Assembly: GCA_030265395.1 (NCBI GenBank)
Contig: JARFYF010000112.1
Location: forward strand, 62,910,764-62,974,763
Length of the DNA: 64,000 nt
DNA from: Rhina ancylostomus
Taxonomy: Eukaryota
Reading direction: 5' to 3'
A model generated the notes under the pieces. It did no database searches. It saw only the letters and a program-made list of their open reading frames with translations, and was not told the DNA's origin. The position numbers were made by a program, and so were the translations under genes. Shown here in pieces: positions 13,148 through 25,214 of the stretch (position 1 is its first letter; each line of letters begins with the position of its first letter).

Positions 13148-14119
13148 TATAAAATAACATCTAAGATTATTATCCATCTTAAAGTTAAAATAAGAAAGAT
13201 ATTTGCTAATTCACACAACTGCTGAGACTCTGCTGACTTTTTTTTAGTAGAACATTTGTCAAGGCAGCAGATTCTGCAACATAATATGTGAAGTTCAAGG
13301 AAAATTTGAATTCCCTCCATCTTAACTGGACATTCTGTTGGTAGCCACCGATATGCCCCTGGGCAGACTTGCACCTGTTGCAAACCTCTGCATTTGTACA
13401 GGAATGAGAGAATTGGGATGGCATCATTCACTAAGCATGGTTGACAACTGGCCATCAGTCTCAGGGGTGAAGCATGAGTTGGGGAGTCTGTTTTGGTGCA
13501 GAGCTGCTCCATGACAATTTGGAATGGGCCGTGATCTGGTGCTGCTCAGTGTCTCCACTCTTATCATGGAAACACTCATTTTAACATTTGTTCAAACAGC
13601 TTCAGAAGTTGCCCAGCTTCACTTTCAGCTCACCAGACTCCTGCCTGCCTATCATTGATCTACTATTCCAAGGAAACAGTGGGTTCAATTGTATTGCATA
13701 AGCGAGTCTGAGACACAACTATGTTTGTGTTTTTCTTAGGCAACTATTAAACCCTCTGCTCCATTTGTTTTGCCTTTAATAAATAAATATAAAAGCTTGG
13801 TCCATTTTCTTGAAGAGTAATAATAACAGTGAAACAAAACTGCCAAAATATTATATTTGCTGGTGCCGGCAGCTCCAGTCATGTTTTACACCCAGGCCCC
13901 TGCAGGTTGATACCACCCTGTGTGTTACAGAGTTGACTGGAAATTTTCTGGTACAACTTCTTGCTCTAGTACATTCAAATCACCATGATGACTCACAGTT
14001 ACTGATTTACATTTATATACTTTTCCTGATAAAGCAAAGCACATGGAGCCATTTCATGAAATCTGGTAGCCCTTACATTTGGAAATATGGTAACCATTCT
14101 GTGCAAAGCAATCCTCCAT

Positions 14120-14363
14120 AAGCAACATGAGGTAATTCACCTGTCAAACTTTTTTTATTGGTGATATTGTCATGGGCACAATACTGGTCATGGAAGATAG
14201 TAGAATTCTACCATCCACCTGAACCAGAGGAAGAAAGTTTAACATGTCCATTAAATTGTGACAGATGAACACAATTTCGGTACTCCACCAGGTAATGCTG
14301 TGTGCTCAAGATCTTATGTGGAACTCAAACCTATGTGTCCCTGACCCAGAGATGACAAGTATG
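14120..14363 (-). mobile_element. Decayed DeuSINE (SacSINE1/AmnSINE1-like)
   Basis: tccacctga..., gtttaacatgtccat and tgtgctcaag...gtggaactcaaacc...ctgacccagag match the reverse complement of the recalled Deu domain and tRNA-like head. Confidence 0.55.
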
Positions 14364-14715
14364 TAAAGACTCTTAAAGGGTTTGACAGGCTTGTTGCAGG
14401 GAGAATGCTTCCCTTGACTGAGTAGCCTGGGATAGGGGTCACAGTTTGAGATTTAGGGAGTAGCAAGTAATTTAGGACTGAGGTAAGGAGAAATTTCTTC
14501 ACTGAGAGGGTGATGAATGTTTGGAATTCACTAACCCATAGGGTTGCCAAAGCTCAGTCATTAAGTTCATTCAAAATAAAGATAGATTCATTTAAAGGGA
14601 TCAAGGGGTATGGAGATCCCAATGAAAAGTATCACTGAGGTAGAAAATCAGTCATGATTTTGGCGAATGATACAGCAGATGGCCTAGTCCTGCTCCTATT
14701 TCGTATGTTCTTCTG
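14364..14715 (+). mobile_element. CR1 LINE 3' fragment (older subfamily)
   Basis: KTLKGFDRLVAGRMLPL...FRTEVRRNFFTERVMNVWNSLT; tail tggcctagtcctgctcctatttcgtatgttctt. Confidence 0.85.
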
Positions 14716-15026
14716 TTTTAAAAAATAACTTAAGTCTGAAACAATTCACTCCTGTCTGCACAGAACAGGCTGGTACAAAATATGAGGACAAAGAGTACAT
14801 CAATTGCTTCCACAATTCAAGGAAACAGAAAAATGTACAGCAGGTTACTCAATATTCAGAAAAGAAAAATGTGAATGTTTTGTGAAGAGCCCTTCATCAC
14901 AGACCAGACCTTCAGATGCTTTGCAGAATATTCTGTTTTTCTTTCCAGCATTCTACATTTTTTTTAATCCCTGCATTAAGAATTTAGGACAAATATCTGA
15001 GAAACGTTGAGAAATGAATTTAAAGG

Positions 15027-15075
15027 ATTAATGAATGTTTAGTATTCAAAATATTAATGAATGTTTAGCATTCAA
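15027..15075. repeat. 23-bp tandem duplication (period 26)
   Basis: attaatgaatgtttagtattcaa / attaatgaatgtttagcattcaa. Confidence 0.85.
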
Positions 15076-16900
15076 GTGGTTAAACTATGTAATAGAGATG
15101 TTAATGAGAAGTTGTATGGACTTCGAAAACAGTAATGATCTTGACCTTTTGGGAGCTTTGCTGCCTCTTTCCCAAGGATAAATCATTGCTCATCGAGATA
15201 TCACTTTCCTGTATTATTCATGTCTGTGGAAAGCAAAGGTTTGAAACCTTCTGATTCACCATTCTTGTATTTCAGAGGACAGCAACCAAGAATTATTGTG
15301 AAAATGGAACAAAAGAAATGGGTTTGTAGATGGCCCCCAGCTGTAATCATACCTTTAAATCTTGCATTGTGAGAAACCAAGCAGTAAAAAGTGGGGCAAT
15401 TTAGAAAAGATCCTTTTTAAACCATTTAATTTTTTTCCAACAAAGAACAGAGCTAATGTGCTCATCCCTTCTATGGCATCTTAAATAATAATGGAAAACC
15501 CAGCATCAACAGCCATACTGTGTTCATAAAGTAGCTGTACCATTATACTTTGAGGGAAAAAAAGTTCATTATTCCACTTTTATCCACCTCTTTTCTTTCT
15601 CTAAATGATTCATAAAGAGCCAGCAAGTGAACACAATGCATATAAATATACACCAAAATAAATGTGATGTGGCATATTGGAAGTATTGAAATGTGATTCC
15701 TCGTGAACTGTTTTCATTAAATAGGGCATTTGAAAGGTACAGTTGCCATTGGCATGTTAATTTTGTTTTGTTACGCCACCATGGCTATCTTTTTGCCCAT
15801 TACCAGTTGTTCCATACACCACATTGATAACTGATTATATTTTAAAACCAGTTCAACAATGAGGCATTAGTAACTCTTGCTGTAAATAAGATGGCAATAA
15901 GCAGCTAATCATAGCAGAGCACAGCACCAGCCTGTGGCTCCATATTTTGAGGTGAAATTACAATGGAATTAAAGTGGATTATTTTTATCAAATGGGAATA
16001 AACTGTTAATTACCTCCCTGCTGTACCATCTTTTTCAAGGTTGCAACTGTTATTAGCTCTAGATTAAACTGTTGAATTAATTTCCCACTTACTTGCCATT
16101 TCCAGATTTTTTTTTAATAGAGTGTTTAATGTGAAAGTGTATTAAAGCACAAATTGTTGGAGGGATAAACAATTAGGAAATTGATTACAAACTTGTTTGA
16201 ATATAAAAGTATGATTGTGCCTTCAATTATTTTCTTCAAGGACTGGACATGTAATTAAAATTCTATTGAAGGCTTTTTCTTCAAGCTAATTTCTGAGAAA
16301 GCATTACATTCTAAACTTTCAAAGAAAATTATATTTTAAATGGGCTGCAGCACAGAGCTTTTCAATGCAAAGTATAGATGTGAGATTTGTGTGCATTGGA
16401 AGCAACATCTTATAACACAGTCACCATTTAAGTGACTGCTTTTGAAACATTCCTTAGGTAACCTGATTTGGCAAAAACATCTGCTCAGCTGCCCTGCAGT
16501 TCACTGGGTCATTGTCCTGCCCAGTGTGCTGCAGAACCAAACAGAAAAGAAAACTCCAAAGTTCATTCCTCAGTCTATAGAGGGAAAATCAGCCAGAAAA
16601 TCTCACCAAGTTTACTTTCAAGTTGCATATGGATGTGTAAGGGCTGATTGTTCAGAATCTGCACTCCCAGCTTAGTGAAATATAAACGTAGCCACTGTCA
16701 CTGTGTGGATGTTAAATTCTTCTCTCTCATTTAATAAGCTCACCAAGTATTTAAAGGCACTAACAATTTAATGTGGTATTCAGAAATATCAACAGAGTAA
16801 TATAGGAAAATAACTTTTGGTTACTATAAACACTTTCACTTCTGCAATATTTATTTCATGACTGTTGCAAAAATTCTGAATCAAATAATTTGACAGCCTT

Positions 16901-17076
16901 CGAGACACAAGAGACTGCACTTGCTGGTATATGGAGCAAAAAACAAACTCCTCGAGGAACTCAGTGGGTCAGGCAGCATCTGTGGAGGGGAATGTACAGT
17001 CGATGTTTAGGATCGAGACTCTTCATCTGAACTGCTTTTCCTTTGACCCACTGAGTCCGTCCAGCAGTTTGCTTAT
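16901..17076 (-). mobile_element. Small non-autonomous PLE-terminus fold-back element with 12-bp target site duplication
   Basis: TSD tttgacagcctt at 16889-16900 and 17077-17088. Internal inverted repeat caaactcctcgaggaactcagtgggtca / tgacccactgagtccgtccagcagtttg. Decayed hammerhead at 16997-17034. Confidence 0.8.
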
Positions 17077-19936
17077 TTTGACAGCCTTGCTTTGTGCTAG
17101 CATGTGACTAATTAATCTGTGAGTCTTCTCATTCCTGTATAATCTTCATTTACAGTCATGGTCAGAAAATCTTCCCTGCACTCTCCCACCATTGCTCCAC
17201 TGAACACTTCCTCCCATCTGAAATGCCTTTCAGCAGAGTGATGTAGTTGCTGCTGACCTATTTGCCAGTTCTACTCAAGGTGATGCAGGATTTGGCTTTC
17301 TTCAAGTAAGCTGAAAATATGGATGTCTCATCAATTGCTGATAAAACTTGACAGGAATTGTGCAAACTTGTCAATGGATAGGAAGCAAACAGTTCTTATA
17401 TCTACGACAACACTTGTTTCTGCTGTTCTAGCAAATTAAAAACAACCAACCAACTGCAGAAGAAAAGTGGTGTGTGTGTCTAAATTCTAACTGTGTTCCT
17501 TTAAGCTGTACCACACCACCTGCTGGAACTAAACCTGGATTCTCTACCACAGGAGCTGGCCCTTGTACAATTGGTGCACATCTCAAATGCTCGCCACTGC
17601 AGAAGGGAATGTCACAAGTGTATTTAGCAAGATGTGATTTGCACCTCCTGCCTCTGAATGGTCACTTCTACCTGAATGCATTGTTACAAATTCAATCTGC
17701 CACAGATACTTTGTCCAAAATCACAATTTCCTTGTCCCCTACCTGCCAGAGCAGACTTGCTCTGGCCAATTCTAACTCTATGAAAACAAAATCAGTGGTT
17801 GGAACAATAATCACCTTATAATTTGAATTAAATAACTATGTCTTTCACATTTATGCCCATCCTCACTTCCATATGTCTTTCTGGTGTTTTTGAAGGCAGA
17901 CTCAGGACAAGATGAATGAAGGTAGCATACAAATCCAAGATTTTTTAGTTGGTGGTGACCCACTCTCGGTTGCCCCCAAAAGCTGTCCATAACAAGATTT
18001 TGCAGCCTTTGAGGTGTGGGGTTTATTTTTCCCCCAAGTTAATTCATTCTGACATCGGCTTTGGGATCACTCAAGTCCAGGGGCAGTAAAGTGATCAAGC
18101 ACAGAGAAGAATTTTCAGACAACAAATCAGGAATTTACGAGCAGATTTCATCATTCACCTTCACAAAATTTTATATTGTGAATTGTGTTCTGAGATTGGG
18201 ATCTGCGTTTGGGATTTAGCTACACACAGGAAAATCATAAGTAAGCTTTTAAAAGATATTATTACTCATTTAAACCTATGCAATTGTTATTGTGGTATGA
18301 AGAAATTTGATATTCCTCAAGTATAAACCCAGTTTTTCAGGATGAAAAGAGTTGTTTGTAGTAATTATGAGTGTTAAATACTCATTTACACTTCATTTTA
18401 CAATACTTAACCCTTTCAAGACTTTTTTCAGTGACAACACGCAGCAAAACATTGAAATTCACATCAGTTCAGCGATTTCTATTAATTTCCTTCTGTAAAG
18501 AATTCAACATTGGACCAATGGAGATGCAGGATAGCACTCTCTGGCTGCCTGCATTTTGTGACATATGTGGGAACTCTCAATAAAATCATTGATCCAAGGG
18601 TACTAATGGCAGTTAGGTCAGAGGTTCAAATGTTTATATTTGACTGAGATGAAATATGAATATGGTGTTTTTAATTTGGGTGAAGATATGCTTTTCTGTT
18701 AAGTTAAAATCTGAAATTGTTTGTCAGTTTATCATTTTTTTAAACATTTAATAAATGTTCCATGGATCCAGCATTTATATGTCACAATGTTAATCCGGAG
18801 CAAACTCAGAGAACCCAAATGTGGCACACTGATAGAAGNNNNNNNNNNNNNNNNNNNNNNNNNNNNNNNNNNNNNNNNNNNNNNNNNNNNNNNNNNNNNN
18901 NNNNNNNNNNNNNNNNNNNNNNNNNNNNNNNNNNNNNNTCCAGCATGGAATCCATGTGCTGGACAACAAGGCATTAATGGAGCCAAATGAGAGCCAGAAC
19001 TCAGAACCATGACATCATATCCACAGCAGAATCAGCAGAATGATATGCAGGTTAATTGTTATCTGCCATTGAGAATGGATTTTTGAACCTTTGACAAAAT
19101 TATGCAGAGCTATTTATCAGCTGTAGAAAGTGAAAAAACTTGTACTATAATACAGTGTAATGAGAGAGATATTTGCTCATCATCAAAAACTCAGAGCCCT
19201 TAAGAAATATGATTGTGTTAGTAGGTGAAAAACTATAAGTAGAAATAAAATACCAATCAAATAATGAAACCTGACTTTACAGAGGGAAGGAAAAGGCAAT
19301 CATATTTTGGTAAGAACCATAAAAACATCATCATCTGGTATGTTTAGAGTTTGAGTCAAGGAACAGGTCTTGCAACTTGTAGAAAATGCAGTAAAAAGGA
19401 GAATTACAATTATGTACATTACTGAGGGGAAATCTATCTGCCTGAACTGATTATTTCATCCCCAGATTTGAATACAACTCTCAGATTCTATTGAAACAAT
19501 TGATTCTCTAAAGATTCGTTTCACCACCAAACAAAGTAATCAGTTCTGTTGGATATGGCCCTCTGGAACTGGGGACAATCACCCTGCTCTGTGCCTGAAT
19601 CGAATGAACAAAGTCTTCATGGGGTTTGGTGATTCTCACTTCTTTCATACTTACTGTATTAAAATAAAGGACCATCATATTCATTTTCATTTTTGTAAAA
19701 CTCTCCTTTGATTTAGAAAGGCAGGTAACTTGCGTTGTGCAAGTGATACAACATTGGGCTGGGTCCTTCCTGAACCTGGCCCACCAGCCGAACTTGTTGC
19801 TCAGTCTCCACACGCAGACACGGGGTTGGGGCGGGGGCTGGGGGTGCCAATTGAGCTGACCTTCTGCAACTAACAGCTGTCTAGCGAGCTGCAGCAGATT
19901 CCTTGTGATATGTTGGCCCAACCCTAGAATACCCCT

Positions 19937-20226
19937 TCAGAATCAGAATGAGGTTTATTATCACTGGTTTGTATGACGTGAAATCTGTTGTTTTGCAGCA
20001 GCAGTACAGTGCAAAGACATAAAAATGACTATATAAAGTACAAAAGTTAATAAATAGTGCAAACAAAAGGAATAACAAGATGGCATTCATGGGTTCATGG
20101 ACCATTCAGAAATCTGATGACAGAGGGGAAGAAGCTGAACCTAAATCATTGAGTGTGGGTCTTCAGGCTCCTGTACCTCCTCCCCAATGGTAGTAACAAG
20201 AAAAGGGTATGTCCCAGATGGTGAGG
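19937..20226 (-). mobile_element. Rex1/Babar LINE 3' end
   Basis: Minus strand encodes LPLGRRYRSLKTHTQ*FRFSFFPSVIRFLNGP; (ttctga)n tail. Confidence 0.85.
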
Positions 20227-21126
20227 ATAAATATAAGAGACATTTTAGAACTATTCGAATATGATTTTAATCTAAAATAACATTAACTAAAAATGAAAAA
20301 CATTAAAGTAAAGCAAAATAAGTAGCACTCTGTATTTACCTTTTCCCTTTTGAAATCAATGTTGTCACCTCTCTTTAATGTACTTCTCTTTATGCAGTTG
20401 TTGTTCAATGGGGTATAAAGTGACTGGGTGAGCAGATGAAGGCACTGGCATTTGACCTTCAGAAAGTCTTGAATCTCAATGTTTGACCACATATGGGTGG
20501 AAACCTAACACTGGCTGATGGGCAACCAGCTGATAGAATGGATCCTAAGGGCCACCAGTCAGCAGCTATATTTGAAGGGGGTGAAGGTTTGTATAATTCG
20601 AGTGCTCTGTTGGTTAGTCCAACTGCGAAGAAATGCAGAAATGTGCTAGATTGTTCGTAGCATATGTACTTCGTTTCATTGGCTGAAATACCAGCCTGTC
20701 TGTTGATTGTATTTCTGGAACTTGCTTGGGTAATAGCTGATAATATGCATTTTCAGATACTGATTTAAAAGCAGTAATAGTTGCTTATTTAGATCACCCT
20801 TGATGACAATATCAGTGACAAATCAGTCTGGTGTGCCACCAAGCTCCTCATACTCTTCTCTGTTGCTTAAGCACAAAGTGATTAAATTTATAACATCTTA
20901 AATGTCATTCTCTTGTCATTGTTGCTCCCTACTAATAGGGACATACTGGGAACACATATTTCTATTAAGTAGCCAAATTTTTCAGTTTTGCAGTAACTTG
21001 AGCAGCAATTTGAACTAATAACCTATCTGTGGGTGCATTAAACATCCCTACTCATCAGTTTTCCATTATGCAAAAATAAACAACTGAAACAAAGTAATTG
21101 AAACTAGACCACTGCTCTGGATGGCT

Positions 21127-21741
21127 NNNNNNNNNNNNNNNNNNNNNNNNNNNNNNNNNNNNNNNNNNNNNNNNNNNNNNNNNNNNNNNNNNNNNNNNNN
21201 NNNNNNNNNNNNNNNNNNNNNNNNNNNNNNNNNNNNNNNNNNNNNNNNNNNNNNNNNNNNNNNNNNNNNNNNNNNNNNNNNNNNNNNNNNNNNNNNNNNN
21301 NNNNNNNNNNNNNNNNNNNNNNNNNNNNNNNNNNNNNNNNNNNNNNNNNNNNNNNNNNNNNNNNNNNNNNNNNNNNNNNNNNNNNNNNNNNNNNNNNNNN
21401 NNNNNNNNNNNNNNNNNNNNNNNNNNNNNNNNNNNNNNNNNNNNNNNNNNNNNNNNNNNNNNNNNNNNNNNNNNNNNNNNNNNNNNNNNNNNNNNNNNNN
21501 NNNNNNNNNNNNNNNNNNNNNNNNNNNNNNNNNNNNNNNNNNNNNNNNNNNNNNNNNNNNNNNNNNNNNNNNNNNNNNNNNNNNNNNNNNNNNNNNNNNN
21601 NNNNNNNNNNNNNNNNNNNNNNNNNNNNNNNNNNNNNNNNNNNNNNNNNNNNNNNNNNNNNNNNNNNNNNNNNNNNNNNNNNNNNNNNNNNNNNNNNNNN
21701 NNNNNNNNNNNNNNNNNNNNNNNNNNNNNNNNNNNNNNNNN
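21127..21741. other. Assembly gap (largest of about a dozen N runs)
   Basis: N run. Others lie near 6683, 18839, 25215, 26030, 29223, 31186, 49857, 51720, 56087 and 59118. Confidence 0.99.
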
Positions 21742-22419
21742 CTGCTTAGATTCTACCGATGTAACAATCCACTGGAGGCAGCAAGTCATTCTATTGCCTG
21801 TATAATATTCTTAGATTTTTATGAAATTTGTCTAATTCCAAAGTGGAATCAGAATGGAACAAAATGACACTGTTGGTCTGTTCTGTCCCACAAAACTGTG
21901 ACCAAAAGATTTCCACTTAACTTCCTGTATAGCCAGACATCAGGTTTTAGTACTGAGGGAAGATTCAGTACTTCTTCAAAAATAAGGAAAAATACAGGGA
22001 GTAATGCTTTGAATGCAATGTTGTGTTTAAAAAAAAGTATTTCAATTAAGCCAAACACTGATCAATTCAGCCTTGAAAAGCCAAGCTTCAACAGTGAGCT
22101 TATAAGCTGTCATATGCAAAATTGTTTACTATGTTAATCAATCTAATTATTGTTTAACTATTCAATGTTAAGCTATTAAACAAGACAAACACTAAACTGA
22201 GTATCCCAACCTCCAGTTAAATACCTGCTGGGAATTGGAAGGTTACCAAAGATGACAGAATCCCAAGAACAGGTCAGGTGTCTTCTATCTTGAAACCTTA
22301 AAATTGCTACAAGTATTAATCAGTTAAAATAAATATATTTATTTCATGATATCTGACAACAAATAGCTTCTTATTGTAGAATTTCTTTCCACACACTCAA
22401 ATGAATTATATCAGCTAAT

Positions 22420-22745
22420 TGGAGGTATCAACAATTTCACCTTTGATTAGGAAGTTGTTGATTCAAGTCCTGTTCCAGATATTTGAAAACAAAAGCTAGA
22501 CTGATGATACAGTACCACATCTTCTTTACCAGTTGCACATTAAAAATTCCATGGTGATAGAACGAAGAACAGAAGAGTTATCATGGGTGATCTGCCCAAA
22601 ATTTAACCCTCAATCAATGTCACTGAAAAAGTTGATGATCTGGTCATTATCACACTGCTATTTAAAAGTGAGAACAATTCAGCAGTATGTTTTGATTAAA
22701 CGTGCTTTGGGATGTTCAGGGTATATAAATGTTTTCCTTGTTCTC
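22420..22745 (+). mobile_element. Decayed DeuSINE (SacSINE1/AmnSINE1-like)
   Basis: gattcaagtcc (B-box-like), taaaaattccatgg...gaagaacagaagagtt, atttaaccctcaatcaatgtcactgaaa...tctggtcattatcacactgct, gtgctttgggatgt resemble the Deu domain and tail. Confidence 0.7.
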
Positions 22746-24534
22746 CTGTCTGTATTAATGCCACACTACTTTCCTCTCCTTCAAGATAACTTACCTTTTA
22801 TAAATACAACTTAATGTTAAAAAAACAATATAAAATTAACAGTAACCATTATAACACAAGCCATTTAGTATTAACAAATCAGGAAAAAAAGACATTGCAT
22901 TTTCTTAAGGATTCCTTTCACTTTTTAAACAAACACTTTCTAAATTAAAGTTGGCAGTTTGTAAGGTCATTTATGCTTAGAGCACATTTCTACTCCTATC
23001 AAAGAGCCAAGACCCTTACACACAAGGAGCAATTGGCACTTGGATTGTCATATTGGAATGATGTGCAAAGAACTTGGTTGGACCTTCTTACAAGGGGCAC
23101 TATTTACTAAGTGCATACATGTATGTGCAAAAACATTGGTGCAAAAATCTCTAGGAAAAGAAGTGCAATGCAATTTGTCTTGAGGCATTTCTCTGTATGT
23201 TTTGTATCATTTCCTTTTGTGATTACATGCAAAGCATGAATGGGATATGAAGTCAGGGTGTTGCCTACAAATACAATAGTTGGACTGGATAAACATTCAT
23301 TGTGTGATCCTCAAATGAGCCACTTCTCCCAAAATCAATGGACAATGTTTGTTTCAGATGAACGGAATTGGCTATAAATTTTCATTATGACTGTCAGAAT
23401 TATTGATGTTGCAGGTCAAGCCCTGTGATCAGCACTTTTAATTCACCATTTTTATCCAGCAGGTCTTGATTTCAATTTGAGAGTTTCCAGGGCTGTCAAC
23501 AAATAGGTAAATGAAGTTACATGAAAAGGTATGTGTTCATTAAACAATTTTATATTCAAAAAATAACAACACTGAGAAATTAACTATACATTATCAGATG
23601 AAACTATTCAGATTCATTGGTAAAGACTGGGATCTTAATAAAAGAGACAATACTTTTAAGTGATAAGAATGTGGAAGGCACATTTCATATTAAAAATGAC
23701 AGCAATCACAATTTTGCTTGTGGTAAAGACTTTAATAATTCCTCCTAATTTTGACCCAAGAGCAGTGACAATCTAAAGCTAATGAATTTAATGACATTGT
23801 TGCTCATAATGGTTGCTAAATTACATTTAAGCAGGAGCTAAAGAAATACAACAGTATTCATTATGATAATATTCAGGTTTTTGAAATGGAGGTCAGCTTC
23901 AGAAACCTTTATTTATGTGCTCAGACTGTTTAATATTGCGGCTTATCATTGGATTTCAATCTGAACAAGATCACGTGAACAAGAAAATTGCTCAATTTTG
24001 AAAACGTCATCCTCAGTGTATGTGGCACTGAGAAAAGCATATCTAAACATAGGCTTTCTTAGCATGTATGCACATTGAAAAAGTAATCTAATGGGATAAC
24101 CATAATCACTTCAGATTTAATTGCATGGTACTGAATTTTACTGGCCCAGAAATTCATTGGAAAATAAGAAGATGCACTAAAATAGGGTTGTTTAGGGTAC
24201 CTTCACTAGTTTAAACCTATGAGGTTGGCATGAGAATTTCTGACAGCACCTCCTGTGCGCAATTGATGATGCCAATGGATATTTTCCCCAGTAGTGTACA
24301 TTACCATGAATAGTTTCAGGAGACCTACTGAAACTGACCAGCACTAACCAATGTTATGCCTACATCTCAGAATCCAATCACTGTTTAGCAGCTTGGAGAG
24401 GCACACTGGAAGTTGTGACTTCTGCCATCTGGGTACAACCTCCTGCCAACCTAGCTCAGCCTGATGCCATCATAGATCTGGATTCCACTATTGCCAGAGG
24501 CTTTGAGACAGTAACAGGGGTTCACTGGTATCGT

Positions 24535-24802
24535 GCTTGTGTTACAGGAATAGCAAACACAACCCTGGAACTTTGATTCAGAGACACAAGCTCCAGTAAT
24601 TAAATCTTAACCAATGGAGACCAAGAAAATGGAAGATTATTGTAAGAACCTATCTGTTTCACAAATGATATTCTTACCTGGTCTAGCCCATGCGTCACTC
24701 TAAACCCATCAATGTGATTGATTCTTACTGCCTTGTCAGTTCAGAAGCAATCAATGATGGACAATAAGCTCCAGCCTTGCCAGCAGCATCCCTGTTCCAT
24801 AA
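24535..24802 (+). mobile_element. Decayed tRNA-type SINE sharing its 3' tail with the CR1/L2-group LINE
   Basis: cttacctggtctagccca...gatggacaataa...gccttgccagc is the reverse complement of motifs at 35440-35600 and 37200-37270. Confidence 0.55.
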
Positions 24803-24814
24803 GGTGCTTCCAAC

Positions 24815-25214
24815 ATTCACCTACCTGCTTCTGTCTCCCAATTACTCCCTTCCCCCACCTGCCTCCTTCTGCCCATCATCCCTCACCACTCTTCAGTCCA
24901 CCTATCACCTACAGTCCCGTCTCATCCCTCTCCCTCTCCTCTTTACACCAGCCATCGCCCCTCTATACTCTCAGTCCTGATGCAGGGTCTCGACCCAAAA
25001 CATCAACAATTCCTTTCCCCCCACAGATGCTGCTCGACCCACTAAGTTCCTCCAGCGGTTTGTTTTTTGATAAAAATAGGAAATGTTGAAAACACACAGC
25101 TGGTCAAGCAGCATCTGTAGAAATAGAAACAGAATTAAGGTTTTGGGTCCAAGACCCTCGTCTAACAGGAACAGAGAGAAAATATGTTAGTTTTCAGAGG
25201 CAGTGAAGGTGAGG
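24815..25214. mobile_element. Two Penelope-like termini in opposite orientation (plus 24815-25068; minus 25069-25214), each with a decayed hammerhead
   Basis: cagtcctgatgcagggtctcgacccaaaacatc...cacagatgctgctcgacccactaagttcctccagc, then aaatgttgaaaacacacagctggtcaagcagcatctgt...gggtccaagaccctcgtc. Confidence 0.75.

Noticed and set aside
19508-19921. 137-aa minus-strand ORF with a Pro/Gln patch and a G-rich tract on the plus strand
   Set aside because: No similarity to centlein or any family I recognise; the G runs alone are not informative.
21055-21867. Long ORFs of 235-248 aa, and similar ones at about 26000, 49850 and 51700
   Set aside because: They are artefacts of translating through N gaps.
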